Shown: positions 7,539-16,811, numbered from the stretch's first letter. The stretch is DNA of 64,000 nt from a bacterium (GCA_021802045.1 JAKABB010000001.1:7072-71071); one strand, 5' to 3'. A program made the numbers and translations. Notes: a model not told the origin generated them from the letters alone.

Positions 7539-8480
7539 GTGGAGGCGGTGGACGGAGCCGGGCGCTGGGCATGGCGGCTGCCGGTGGCTGGCGCGGATCA
7601 TCGCGGGCGGCGCCACTGGCGCCTCGTGGTCGCCGACTACGTCAGCCTTACCAAGCCGCGGATCATGTCCCTACTCTTGGCGACGGAGTTCTTGGCCATG
7701 GTCGTCGCGGCTCGAGGCTGGCCAGGATGGGGGCTGACGATCGAGGCTCTGGGTGCTGGCGCGCTGGCCTCGGGGGGTGCGAGCGCGATCAACTGCTGGT
7801 TTGACCGTGACATCGATGCGGTCATGGGCCGGACGCGCGGGCGTCCGATCCCCGCAGGGCGCATTGCGCCGGCTCGGGCCCTGGCCCTCGGTATCGCGAT
7901 GAGTGTGGCGGCTTTTTCGATCTTCGCTGCGGGAGTGAACCTGCTTGCCGCCGTCCTCTCGCTGTTCGGTGGGGCGTTCTATGTGCTGATCTATACCATG
8001 TGGCTGAAGCGAGTGACTTCCCAGAACATCGTGATCGGCGGCGCGGCGGGGGCTGTTCCACCGCTGGTGGGCTGGGCTGCTGTCACCCACACGCTCGGGC
8101 CACTGGCGCTCGTGCTATTCGGGGTGATCTTCCTGTGGACCCCACCGCACTTCTGGGCACTGTCGCTGATCGTGCGCCGTGACTACGCGAGCGTTGGCGT
8201 CCCGATGCGGCCGGTGGTGGCCGGAAACCAGGACACGCGCCGTGGCATCCTCGTCTACTCGGTGCTGCTAGTGGGGCTGAGCCTGACGCTCGCTCTGTGG
8301 CTGGGTCCCGCCGAACTGGGGGTTGGCGCAGCGCTGGGTCTGATCTTCCTAGGTCTGGCCGTGCGGGTCCTGTGGGAGCGGGGCACCACTTTCTGGGCTG
8401 GGCGCCTGTTCCGCTTCTCGCTCCTCTATCTCTTCACCTTCTTCGTCGGCACCGCTGGGATCGCTGTCCTGCGTGGATGA
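7539..8480 (+). CDS. ctaB: Protohaem IX farnesyltransferase (haem O synthase)
   Basis: Contains DYVSLTKPRIMSLLL, NCWFDRDIDAVMGRTRGRPIPAGRI and LWTPPHFWALS. The start (GTG 7539) is uncertain. Confidence 0.9.
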   Translation: MEAVDGAGRWAWRLPVAGADHRGRRHWRLVVADYVSLTKPRIMSLLLATEFLAMVVAARGWPGWGLTIEALGAGALASGGASAINCWFDRDIDAVMGRTRGRPIPAGRIAPARALALGIAMSVAAFSIFAAGVNLLAAVLSLFGGAFYVLIYTMWLKRVTSQNIVIGGAAGAVPPLVGWAAVTHTLGPLALVLFGVIFLWTPPHFWALSLIVRRDYASVGVPMRPVVAGNQDTRRGILVYSVLLVGLSLTLALWLGPAELGVGAALGLIFLGLAVRVLWERGTTFWAGRLFRFSLLYLFTFFVGTAGIAVLRG

Positions 8481-8489
8481 GTCCGGGGG

Positions 8490-8690
8490 TCAGGATCCGG
8501 CCACACCCAGCATGACGACGAGGACGAAGAAGGCCAGGAACCCGATTCCCACCATTCCGGCGATGAGCCAAGCCTCGCCCCGCTCCAGGTGAGGCAGTGT
8601 GATCGGTCGCGCCGGGCGCAGTAGTGACGGCTCCCGGGCTGGTTCGCCCCGGTCTCTCGCGCCCGGCGGCTGGTTCACGAGGTCGGCCAT
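8490..8690 (-). CDS. Small single-TM protein (66 aa), possibly leaderless
   Basis: The ATG at 8690 gives MADLVNQPPGARDRGEP...AWLIAGMVGIGFLAFFVLVVMLGVAGS. Third codon positions are mostly G/C. TATACT ends 7 nt upstream of the ATG and there is no RBS. The longer 8855 start looks non-coding. Confidence 0.4.
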   Translation of the reverse strand: MADLVNQPPGARDRGEPAREPSLLRPARPITLPHLERGEAWLIAGMVGIGFLAFFVLVVMLGVAGS

Positions 8691-9355
8691 GAGGGGCAGT
8701 ATAGAGGTGGGGCAGGAGAGTCGGCGCTCGGGCGCGATCTGCATGGACCATGGCAGTGGGGCGGCGCTGGCGGGTGCGGAAGGACCCGTGAGGGAGGTCA
8801 GCGCGGATACTCCCGGGTTACGGATCCCCACACCGGGCACTGCCGGCACGGCCACCGGGTCCTCCCGTGTCCCCGGCGGGTGATCTCGGGGGGCGATGCA
8901 GTGGCGGCGGGGTGGGGGTGCCGTGTCTCGGGTGCGGTGGTGACGGGGACTGGGCGCGGCGATCCTCCTCGTCGCCGCCCGGAGCGCGCCCGGTCACAGT
9001 GGTGGTCCCACCCTGCCAACGCGGCGCGCCATTCCGATCGCTCTGAGGCTCAACAGCGGCGGCACGCTCACCGGCACCAGCCTGGTCCGGCCTGGCACCG
9101 GCCCTCTGGGAGTGGCACGGGCATCCGTCGTCGGCCGGGGTTCAACCCCCGGGAGCATCGACGACGCCGCCTGGGCGCTGTGGGGGCAGTGTGGGGGTCA
9201 TGCCTGGGCGTGGGGGTCTACGGGGCGACCCGGGGCAATGGGGGTGTGGGCGATCTCCTGAGCCTCGGGGCGGAGGCTTGCCGCTGCCGGAGGAGGGTGC
9301 CGGCTGACAGCGGCGGGGGCGTTGGCTCGGCGCGCCTGGGGCGCATCGAACCGGG

Positions 9356-9446
9356 TGGCGGAGCGGGAGGGATTCGAACCCTCGAAGGGGTTGCCCCCTT
9401 ACGGCATTTCCAGTGCCGCGCCCTCGGCCAGCTAGGCGACCGCTCC
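9356..9446 (-). tRNA. tRNA-Ser (anticodon GGA), CCA encoded
   Basis: Manual fold: acceptor GGAGCGG/CCGCTCC, anticodon stem CGGCA/TGCCG with loop CTGGAAA, long variable arm, T-arm GAGGG-TTCGAAT-CCCTC, discriminator G, CCA. Confidence 0.95.
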
Positions 9447-9475
9447 CTGGGGGCCGATTCTATCCTCGGTGAGGA

Positions 9476-9541
<66 letters not shown>

Positions 9542-9563
<22 letters not shown>

Positions 9564-10114
9564 AGGATGGGCCCGGCGGATCGATTATCCCCCGCGCGGC
9601 GTGGGTGGCGTCGGGCTCGGAAGAAGGAGTGGAGGAGGGCAGCGGCCGCTCCTGCGCGAACCCCTGCAGCGATCTGAGGGTGGTGGTTCAGGGCCGGGTG
9701 GTCTAGCAGGCGGCAAACGGAGTGGACCGCGCCCTTCTTCGGGTCGGCGGCTCCGTAGACCAATCGGTCAACTCTGGCGAGGACTAGCGCCCCGGCACAC
9801 ATGGGGCATGGCTCGAGGGTGACGTAGAGGGTGACGCCGTGCAGTCGCCAGCTGCCCATCCGGCTCGATGCCTGCCGCAGGGCCAGCATCTCGGCGTGGG
9901 CGGTAGCATCCGCCGAGCGCTCGATCCGGTTGCCGGCGGCTCCAACCACCTCGCCTGCCCACACCGCGACGGCTCCGACTGGAACTTCGCCGCGGCGGGC
10001 TGCGCGTCGTGCCAGGCGGAGTGCGTGGTCCATGAAGTGGTCATCCACGGCATCCTGGCTGCTGGGGCTCGGGATCTCCGGCGGGGGAGGAGAGGGCATG
10101 GAGGCGGAAGTCAT
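9542..10114 (-). CDS. tadA: tRNA-specific adenosine deaminase
   Basis: Contains HAEMLALRQA and YVTLEPCPMCAGAL (deaminase zinc motifs) and the FFRARR tail. The ORF runs 22 nt into the tRNA-Ser(CGA) gene before its stop. Confidence 0.9.
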
Positions 10115-10183
10115 CCGGTGGTGGCCCTGGCCAGGGGCATGGAGCCGGGGGCAGCGAGCCTCGCCTATAATCGCCCACGGCGC

Positions 10184-10262
10184 GGTGGCTATAGCTCAGT
10201 TTGGTTAGAGCGCCAGGTTGTGGCCCTGGAGGTCGTCGGTTCAAGGCCGACTAGCCACCCCA
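10184..10262 (+). tRNA. tRNA-His (anticodon GTG) with encoded G-1 and CCA
   Basis: Manual fold: G-1 plus acceptor GTGGCTA/TAGCCAC, anticodon stem CCAGG/CCTGG with loop TTGTGGC, T-arm GTCGG-TTCAAGG-CCGAC, discriminator C pairing G-1. TATAAT at 10166-10171 lies 12 nt upstream. Confidence 0.93.
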
Positions 10263-10386
10263 CCCCTTCAGAGGGGTCACTGAGGGCGCCTGTCGGCGCC
10301 CCTGCTATACTCCGGTGGACCGGTAGGGAGTTGGCGGACGCGGCTGCGCCGGGTAAGCCAGCCAACGGTCCAGGTGGAGGTGATAG

Positions 10387-10653
10387 GTGCTCGGGACCCA
10401 GGCCAAGGCGGTGGTGATTGCGGATCACCGTCGGCACGACACGGACACAGGATCGCCCGAGGTTCAGGTGGCCGTGCTCAGTGAGCGGATCCGCGAACTG
10501 ACCGAGCATCTGAAGACCCATCCGAAGGACCATCACTCTCGCCGCGGGCTCCTCATGCTCGTGGGCAGGCGGCGGCGGCTGCTGGCCTATCTCATGCGGG
10601 TGGACATCGCCCGTTATCGGGCGCTCATCGCTCGGCTGGGGCTGCGACGCTGA
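10387..10653 (+). CDS. rpsO: 30S ribosomal protein S15
   Basis: Contains [60 protein letters not shown] lies upstream of the GTG. Confidence 0.95.
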   Translation: MLGTQAKAVVIADHRRHDTDTGSPEVQVAVLSERIRELTEHLKTHPKDHHSRRGLLMLVGRRRRLLAYLMRVDIARYRALIARLGLRR

Positions 10654-10887
10654 GCTCGTCATCATTCAATCGCCCACGACGGGCGGCAGCCAGTATCCCA
10701 GCACCACTTCAATCTCGGCCTCGGAGCGTCGGACGGCATCTCACGGTGACGCCTGTGCGGTCGGGGTTAGCGATTGGCGATCGGAGCCGAACCGTGGTTC
10801 AGCTCTCATCCCCAATTCCTAACCGCCCTCTGCTGCGGTGGACCGTGGGCTGGCGTCGTCCTGCCCGAGGCCGTACGGAGGTTCTTC

Positions 10888-13032
10888 ATGGACAACCGAA
10901 TCGTTACGTCGCGTGAGTTTGAGGGGCGGACCCTCAGCATCGAAACCGGCTGGATGGCCGGCTTGGCCAATGGGGCCGTCTGGGTTCGGCAGGGCGACAC
11001 GGTCGTCATGGTTACGGCCACGGCCAGCCGTGCTCCCCGTGAGGGGATCGACTTCTTTCCGCTGACCTGTGACTACGAAGAGAAGCTCTATGCCGCAGGA
11101 CGGATCCCTGGCGCGTTCATGCGCCGGGAAGGTCGGCCGAGCGAGGCTGCGACTCTGACCTGCCGCATGATGGACCGACCCATGCGGCCCCTCTTCCCGA
11201 AGGACTTCCGCAACGACGTCCAGATCGTGGCAACGGTGCTGTCGACCGACCAGATCAATGATCCGACCATGCTGGCGCTGATTGGGGCCGGGGCGGCCGT
11301 GGCTATCAGCGACATCCCCCACGCCGGCCCGGTGGCGGCGGCTCGGATCGCACACCTGGATGGGCGGCTCGTCGTCAACCCCGAGATGCCAGCCATGGAG
11401 CGCAGCGATCTGGACCTGGCTGTGGCAGGAACCCGTGGCGCGATCAACATGGTCGAGGCTGGGGCTCGGGAGCTGTCTGAGGAGGTCGTGGTCGAGGCCC
11501 TGATGTTGGCCCACGAGCGCATTCGCGCGATCACCGACATGATCGACGAACTGGTCGCCAAGGTCGGGCGCCCGAAGATGAGCTACCCGGCGGCCGGGGT
11601 TTCTGCCGAACTGAAGGCAGCGGTCCAGTCCTTCGCCGGCGACCGCATCGACCATGCCTTCCGCGAGGCGGACAAGCCTCAGCGGGACATCAAGGTTGAT
11701 GCGGTGCGTACCGAGGTGGTCGCCTCCCTGGCCGTCCAGTTCCCCGGTCGCGAGGGCGAGATCGCCAAGGCCTTCGAGTCCGTCCTCAAGGGGGCCGTCC
11801 GGCGCGCGATCCTGGATCAGGGTGTCCGGCCCGACGGTCGACGCCCGGACGAGATCAGGCCGATCTGGGCCGCTGTGGGCGTCCTGCCACGTACGCACGG
11901 CAGTGCAGTGTTCACTCGCGGCCAGACCCAGGCTCTCACGGTGGCCACCCTGGGCACCATGAGCGATCAGCAGAAGTTGGACGGGCTCGGCCTGGAGGAC
12001 TTCAAGCGATACATGCACCACTACAACTTCCCGCCGTACTCGGTCGGCGAGGCGCGTCCCCTGCGGTCGCCGGGTCGGCGGGAGATCGGGCACGGGGCGC
12101 TGGCGGAGCGGGCGGTTCGGGTCATGGTGCCGTCGGTCGACGAGTTCCCCTACACCCTGCGTCTCGTGACCGAGATCCTCTCCAGCAACGGCAGCACCTC
12201 CATGGCCAGCGTCTGTGGCAGTTCGCTGGCCCTGATGGACGCGGGAGTCCCCCTGGGGGCACCGGTCGGCGGAATCGCCATGGGCCTGGTCACGGACGAG
12301 GCCAACACCTCGCGGTACGCGATCCTGTCGGACATTCAGGGAATGGAGGACGCGCTCGGCGACATGGACTTCAAGGTCGCCGGCACCCGTCGTGGCATCA
12401 CCGCCCTGCAGATGGACATCAAGGTGAGCGGCCTGACGGCGGAGGTTTTCCGACAGGCGTTGGAGCAGGCGCGGGTTGGCCGCTTCCACATCCTGGACAA
12501 GATGGCCGAGGCCCTGACCGAACCCCGGACGGGGCTCTCGCGGTACGCCCCGCGCATCGTCACGATCTCAATCAACCCCGACAAGATTCGTGACGTCATT
12601 GGCCCGGGTGGCAAGACCATCCGCCGGATCCAGGAGGAGACGGGCTGCCAGATCGACATCGAGGACGACGGGCGGGTGTTCGTGGCCACGGTGGACGCCG
12701 AGGCTATGGATCGGGCGGTGGCCATGATCCGGGACCTGACGGAGTCGGTTGAAGTCGGCCGGATCTACAAGGGCAAGGTGGTGCGCATCATGCCCTTCGG
12801 GGCCTTCGTCGAGATCCTCCCGAAGCAGGACGGGCTGGTGCACATCTCTCAGCTCGCGGAGCAGCGGGTGGGCCGGGTCGAGGATGTCGTCAATATCGGC
12901 GACGAGATCATGGTCAAGGTCACCGAGGTCGATGACCGGGGCCGGGTCAACCTCTCGCGTAAGCAGGCGATCGCCGAGCTCTCGAATCCGACCCCGGGCA
13001 GCAACGGGGCGGCCGCCGGCTCTGCCGGCTGA
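10888..13032 (+). CDS. pnp: Polyribonucleotide nucleotidyltransferase (PNPase)
   Basis: The ATG at 10888 follows GGAG. MDNRIVTSREFEGRTLSIETG..., two RNase PH domains, KH (GPGGKTIRRIQEETG) and S1 (GKVVRIMPFGAFVEI) are present. The 10774 start is a non-coding-looking extension. Confidence 0.95.
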   Translation: MDNRIVTSREFEGRTLSIETGWMAGLANGAVWVRQGDTVVMVTATASRAPREGIDFFPLTCDYEEKLYAAGRIPGAFMRREGRPSEAATLTCRMMDRPMRPLFPKDFRNDVQIVATVLSTDQINDPTMLALIGAGAAVAISDIPHAGPVAAARIAHLDGRLVVNPEMPAMERSDLDLAVAGTRGAINMVEAGARELSEEVVVEALMLAHERIRAITDMIDELVAKVGRPKMSYPAAGVSAELKAAVQSFAGDRIDHAFREADKPQRDIKVDAVRTEVVASLAVQFPGREGEIAKAFESVLKGAVRRAILDQGVRPDGRRPDEIRPIWAAVGVLPRTHGSAVFTRGQTQALTVATLGTMSDQQKLDGLGLEDFKRYMHHYNFPPYSVGEARPLRSPGRREIGHGALAERAVRVMVPSVDEFPYTLRLVTEILSSNGSTSMASVCGSSLALMDAGVPLGAPVGGIAMGLVTDEANTSRYAILSDIQGMEDALGDMDFKVAGTRRGITALQMDIKVSGLTAEVFRQALEQARVGRFHILDKMAEALTEPRTGLSRYAPRIVTISINPDKIRDVIGPGGKTIRRIQEETGCQIDIEDDGRVFVATVDAEAMDRAVAMIRDLTESVEVGRIYKGKVVRIMPFGAFVEILPKQDGLVHISQLAEQRVGRVEDVVNIGDEIMVKVTEVDDRGRVNLSRKQAIAELSNPTPGSNGAAAGSAG

Positions 13033-13056
13033 CCGCGGCCGAGCCCTCAGAACGGC

Positions 13057-14106
13057 GTGATGGCGCCCCGGATCGCGGTCGTGGGAGCCACCGGGGTGGT
13101 GGGCCGGGCGATCCTGGGCATTCTTGAGGAGCGCGAGTTCCCGATTGACGAGTTGCGCTGCCTTGCTTCGTCCAGGTCGGCGGGCCAGGCGCAACTCCAG
13201 TTTCGGGGACGATGGTACCCAGTAGGGCTGGCGGACGCGGAGGCCTTCGCGGGCTGCGACTTGGCGCTGTTCAGCGCCGGGGCTTCCACCGCCCGCGCGC
13301 TTGCGCCGGCGGCGGTGGCCGCCGGGTGCCGTGTCGTGGACAACAGCTCTGCGTTTCGGCAGGACCCTGACATTCCGCTGGTGGTGCCGGAGGTGAACGG
13401 CGCGCGCCTGGACGCTGGACCATCCATCGTGGCGAACCCCAACTGCTCCACGATCCAGCTGACCGTCGCCCTGGCTCCGCTCCACCGGGCCTTTGGGCTG
13501 CGGCGCCTGCACCTGGCGACGTACCAGGCGGCGTCTGGAGCCGGACGGGCGCTGGTGGAGGCGCTGCGGACGCAGTCGCGGGAGATGGCGGACGGTCGTC
13601 CGCCGGTCGCGGTGGCGTATCCGCATCCGCTGGCGGGCAACGTGGTTCCCGGTGGCTGGCGAGCAGAAGGCGACGCCACTGAGGAGGAGGTCAAGATCGT
13701 GGCCGAGACCCGCAGGATCCTCGGGCTCCCCGATCTCCTGATCGGCTGCACCACGGTTCGGGTCCCGGTGGCGGTGGGCCACGCGGAGGCCGTCTGGGCC
13801 GCCTTCGAGCGACTGGTGACGCCCGAGGAGGCCCGGGCGGTGCTGGAGAGCGCACCGGGCGTTCAGGTTGTGGACGACCTGGAGGAGGACCTCTATCCGA
13901 CCCCCCTGGCCGCAGCGGGTACCGATCCTGTCTACGTGGGCAGGATCCGGGCCGACCTGGGTGAGCCCGGCGCTCTGTCCCTCTTCATCGTGGCCGACAA
14001 TCTCCGCAAGGGGGCCGCGCTCAACGCGGTCCAGATCGCCGAGCGTCTGATGGGGATCCCGGCGGTCTCCCTGACCCCGAGGGCGCGGACCCGGCCCTTC
14101 CTATAA
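13057..14106 (+). CDS. asd: Aspartate-semialdehyde dehydrogenase
   Basis: Contains RIAVVGATGVVG (Rossmann fold) and the active-site block NPNCSTIQL. Confidence 0.93.
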   Translation: MMAPRIAVVGATGVVGRAILGILEEREFPIDELRCLASSRSAGQAQLQFRGRWYPVGLADAEAFAGCDLALFSAGASTARALAPAAVAAGCRVVDNSSAFRQDPDIPLVVPEVNGARLDAGPSIVANPNCSTIQLTVALAPLHRAFGLRRLHLATYQAASGAGRALVEALRTQSREMADGRPPVAVAYPHPLAGNVVPGGWRAEGDATEEEVKIVAETRRILGLPDLLIGCTTVRVPVAVGHAEAVWAAFERLVTPEEARAVLESAPGVQVVDDLEEDLYPTPLAAAGTDPVYVGRIRADLGEPGALSLFIVADNLRKGAALNAVQIAERLMGIPAVSLTPRARTRPFL

Positions 14107-14113
14107 TCGGCGG

Positions 14114-14821
14114 GTGTTGGCGCCCATCCAGGATCCTGCTGACCGCGCAGCCCAGCTGGAGGCGATCGCTGATGCGGTGCGGCGGTGCACGCGCTGTCCT
14201 CTGCACCGCACCCGGACCCAGGGGGTGCCTGGTCGGGGACCGGTGACGGCCCGGATCATGGCGATCGGCGAGGCCCCGGGCGAGAACGAAGATCGACACG
14301 GGGTGCCCTTCGTCGGAGCGGCCGGCGGGCTCCTGACAGATCTGCTTCGCGAGATCGGGGTTCCACCGGAGGAGCTCTTCATCACCAACGTGCTGAAGTC
14401 GCGGCCGCCATCCAACCGGGACCCCCTGCCTGAGGAGGTCGAAGCGTGCGCGCCCTACCTCGACGCCCAGATCAGCCTGATCCAACCAGCTGTGATCCTC
14501 TTGCTGGGGCGGCACGCCCTCCAGCGGTTGCTCCCGTCGGCCCCAACCATCTCTCGATGTCACGGCGAGATGCTGAAGGTGGACGGGCGTCGCTACATTG
14601 CCCTGTACCATCCGGCGGCGGCCCTGTACAACGGGCGGCTCATCGGTACCCTCCGCGCTGACTTCCTAAGGGTGCGCGGCTACCTTGATGAGATGAGCGA
14701 CGACGGTGACCGGGCTGCCGTCAGAGAGGAGGAGGAGGGCACCGTCCGGGGCGGGCCGACAACGCCGTCCGCCCGGGCGGCCACCAGCGGAACGGACGCG
14801 GAGCAGCTTGGCCTCTTCTGA
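14114..14821 (+). CDS. Uracil-DNA glycosylase, family 4 (4Fe-4S type), with a C-terminal acidic tail ending in QLGLF
   Basis: Contains CTRCPLH, GEAPGENED (motif A), VPFVGAAG and HPAAALY (motif B). The GTG start is 6 nt after TATAAT (14102-14107). Confidence 0.9.
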   Translation: MLAPIQDPADRAAQLEAIADAVRRCTRCPLHRTRTQGVPGRGPVTARIMAIGEAPGENEDRHGVPFVGAAGGLLTDLLREIGVPPEELFITNVLKSRPPSNRDPLPEEVEACAPYLDAQISLIQPAVILLLGRHALQRLLPSAPTISRCHGEMLKVDGRRYIALYHPAAALYNGRLIGTLRADFLRVRGYLDEMSDDGDRAAVREEEEGTVRGGPTTPSARAATSGTDAEQLGLF

Positions 14822-14846
14822 GGAGTCGACCGCGGCCGTCCCTCCG

Positions 14847-16544
14847 GTGGGGAGCGAGGCGGGGCTTCTGAACGGTGATCCACCGCCCGACGGCACCCTG
14901 CGCTTCGTCGCCCTCGGCGGGCTCGGGGAGATCGGAAAAAACATGGCCATCCTTGAGGTGGGCGGGGACGCGGTGGTCATTGATGCCGGGCTCATGTTCC
15001 CTGACCAGGAGATGCTTGGGGTCGATCTGGTCATCCCGGACATCACGGCCCTGCGTCAGCGGGCTGGCCGGCTCCGCGGCATCCTCTTGACCCATGGGCA
15101 TGAGGATCACATCGGAGCTTTGCCCTACCTGCTTCCCGAGCTGGACTGTCCGGTCTTCGGGACGCCCATGACCCTGGGCCTGCTGCGCAACAAGCTGCGC
15201 CGCAACAATGCCGCTGTGCCGTCAGAGCGACTGCGGCCGGTGGCGGTCGGGGAGGAGATCCGACTCGGTGCCATCCGGGCGGAGTTCGTTCACACCACCC
15301 ACAGCGTGCCCGACAGTTGCGCCCTGGTGCTCGATACCCCGGCAGGACGGGTCCTGCACACCGGCGACTTCAAGCTGGACCATACCCCGGTGTCGGGTCC
15401 GCCGCCGGATCTGGCCCGACTGGCCGAGGTCGGCCGGCTGGGGGTGCGTCTGATGCTGAGCGATAGCACCAACGCCGAAGTGGCAGGGGTCGCTCCGTCA
15501 GAGAGCGCGGTGGGGCCGGCCCTGCGGCGGGTCATGGAGACGGCCGAGGGCCGGGTCCTGGTGGTGACGTTCGCCAGCAACATTGCCCGGGTGCAGCAGG
15601 CCATCGACCTGGCTGTGTCCAGTGACCGGCGCTGCTGCATCGTGGGCCGCAACATGCTGAGCAACGTCGACACCGCGGTCGCTCTCGGTCGGTTGACGGT
15701 GGCGCCGGGGACTGTGATAGGGCCACGGCAGCTCGCGGGCCTGGCGGACCGGGCGGTGTGCCTGATCGCGACCGGCGCCCAGGGCGAGCCGCTGTCTGCC
15801 CTGGCTCGCATCTCCGCCGGAACCCACCCCTTCGTCCAGGTGCGACCGACCGACACCGTCGTGGTCTCGGCCAATCCCATCCCCGGCAATGAGGAGGTGG
15901 TCCATCGGGTGCTGAACCGCCTGGCCAGACTGGGGGCCCGCGTGCTCATCGGTGGACGCGACGGGGTGCACGCCAGTGGTCACGCTGGTGCTGATGAATT
16001 GCGCTTCATGTTGGAACTGATCCACCCGGAGAGCTTCGTCCCGGTGCATGGTGAACATCGCCACCTCATCCGGCACGCCGACCTGGCCACGGACGCTGGC
16101 CTCCCGCGGGCCGCGATCGTGGTCGCTGACAACGGGACCGTGATCGACGTCGATGCCGCCGGCATTCGGGAGGTGGGCCGGGTCCCGGCGGGCAATGTCT
16201 ACGTCGACGGGGTCAGCGTGGAGGATGTGGTGCCGGTGGTTCTGCGTGACCGTCGGGCCCTATCCCAGGACGGCATCCTGATCGTGGCCCTGGCGGTGGG
16301 CCGGGAGCGGGGCGAGCTGATCGGAGGGCCCGAGATCGTCTCCAGAGGCTTCGCCCAGGACGCGCGCCTGCGGCCGCTCCTGGGCCGGGCCCGCGCGGTG
16401 GCCCGGGAGGCGTGCACGGGCGGACCGGCTGGCTCGCGCGACCCGGTTGAACTCCGGGAGGCCATGCACGACGCCCTGGCCGCCTTCTTCCTTGAGGCCA
16501 CTGGTCGTCGGCCGATGATCCTGCCGGTGATCAGCGAGGTATGA
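14847..16544 (+). CDS. rnj: Ribonuclease J
   Basis: Contains LRFVALGGLGEIGKNM and LLTHGHEDHIGALPYL (metallo-beta-lactamase plus beta-CASP). The start is set at the first in-frame GTG after the udg stop; the 14706 start would overlap udg by 116 nt. Confidence 0.9.
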   Translation: MGSEAGLLNGDPPPDGTLRFVALGGLGEIGKNMAILEVGGDAVVIDAGLMFPDQEMLGVDLVIPDITALRQRAGRLRGILLTHGHEDHIGALPYLLPELDCPVFGTPMTLGLLRNKLRRNNAAVPSERLRPVAVGEEIRLGAIRAEFVHTTHSVPDSCALVLDTPAGRVLHTGDFKLDHTPVSGPPPDLARLAEVGRLGVRLMLSDSTNAEVAGVAPSESAVGPALRRVMETAEGRVLVVTFASNIARVQQAIDLAVSSDRRCCIVGRNMLSNVDTAVALGRLTVAPGTVIGPRQLAGLADRAVCLIATGAQGEPLSALARISAGTHPFVQVRPTDTVVVSANPIPGNEEVVHRVLNRLARLGARVLIGGRDGVHASGHAGADELRFMLELIHPESFVPVHGEHRHLIRHADLATDAGLPRAAIVVADNGTVIDVDAAGIREVGRVPAGNVYVDGVSVEDVVPVVLRDRRALSQDGILIVALAVGRERGELIGGPEIVSRGFAQDARLRPLLGRARAVAREACTGGPAGSRDPVELREAMHDALAAFFLEATGRRPMILPVISEV

Positions 16545-16811
16545 GGGGTGACGGTGGCGGTCGGGATCGAGAGCCGAGCCGACTCCTGGGGCTCGCGCCG
16601 GCCCGGGTGTCCGGGTCGCGGTGCCGCCGGGCGTGACCAACCGGGCGAAGCCTGGGGGTGGTGGGCACCCGCTGGGACGATGTGGCCATCCGGCCGCCCC
16701 GCAGGGGCGGTGGACGGATCCCAGCCGTCGGGCGGTCCGCCAAGCCGACGCTGGCCATGCAGTGGGCGGGGCAGTGGCCCAGGGCGCTGACCCGCTCGGG
16801 GGTGCGAAGCG

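Noticed and set aside
9126-9166. A T-arm-like GGGGTTCAACCCC element, as a possible tRNA, tmRNA fragment or pseudogene.
   Set aside because: No acceptor, D or anticodon arms can be built around it. The stem/loop register does not fit a 5-bp/7-nt T-arm. I treat it only as a hairpin.
8860-9355. SRP (4.5S/scRNA) RNA, expected downstream of tadA/tRNA-Ser by analogy with Bacillus and actinobacteria.
   Set aside because: I searched both strands by eye for the conserved domain-IV pattern (CAGG..CCGGAAGG.AGCA) and found only CCAGGCCGGACCAGGCTGG, which lacks the GGAA tetraloop/AGCA motif. A covariance-model scan is still needed to be sure.
16545-16811. A 267-bp gap between rnj and the carboxypeptidase gene, containing small ORFs (16548..16790, 16621..16818).
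   Set aside because: The ORF products are Gly/Arg/Pro-rich and overlap each other, and I could find no clear motif or structure. I left it as an unannotated spacer.
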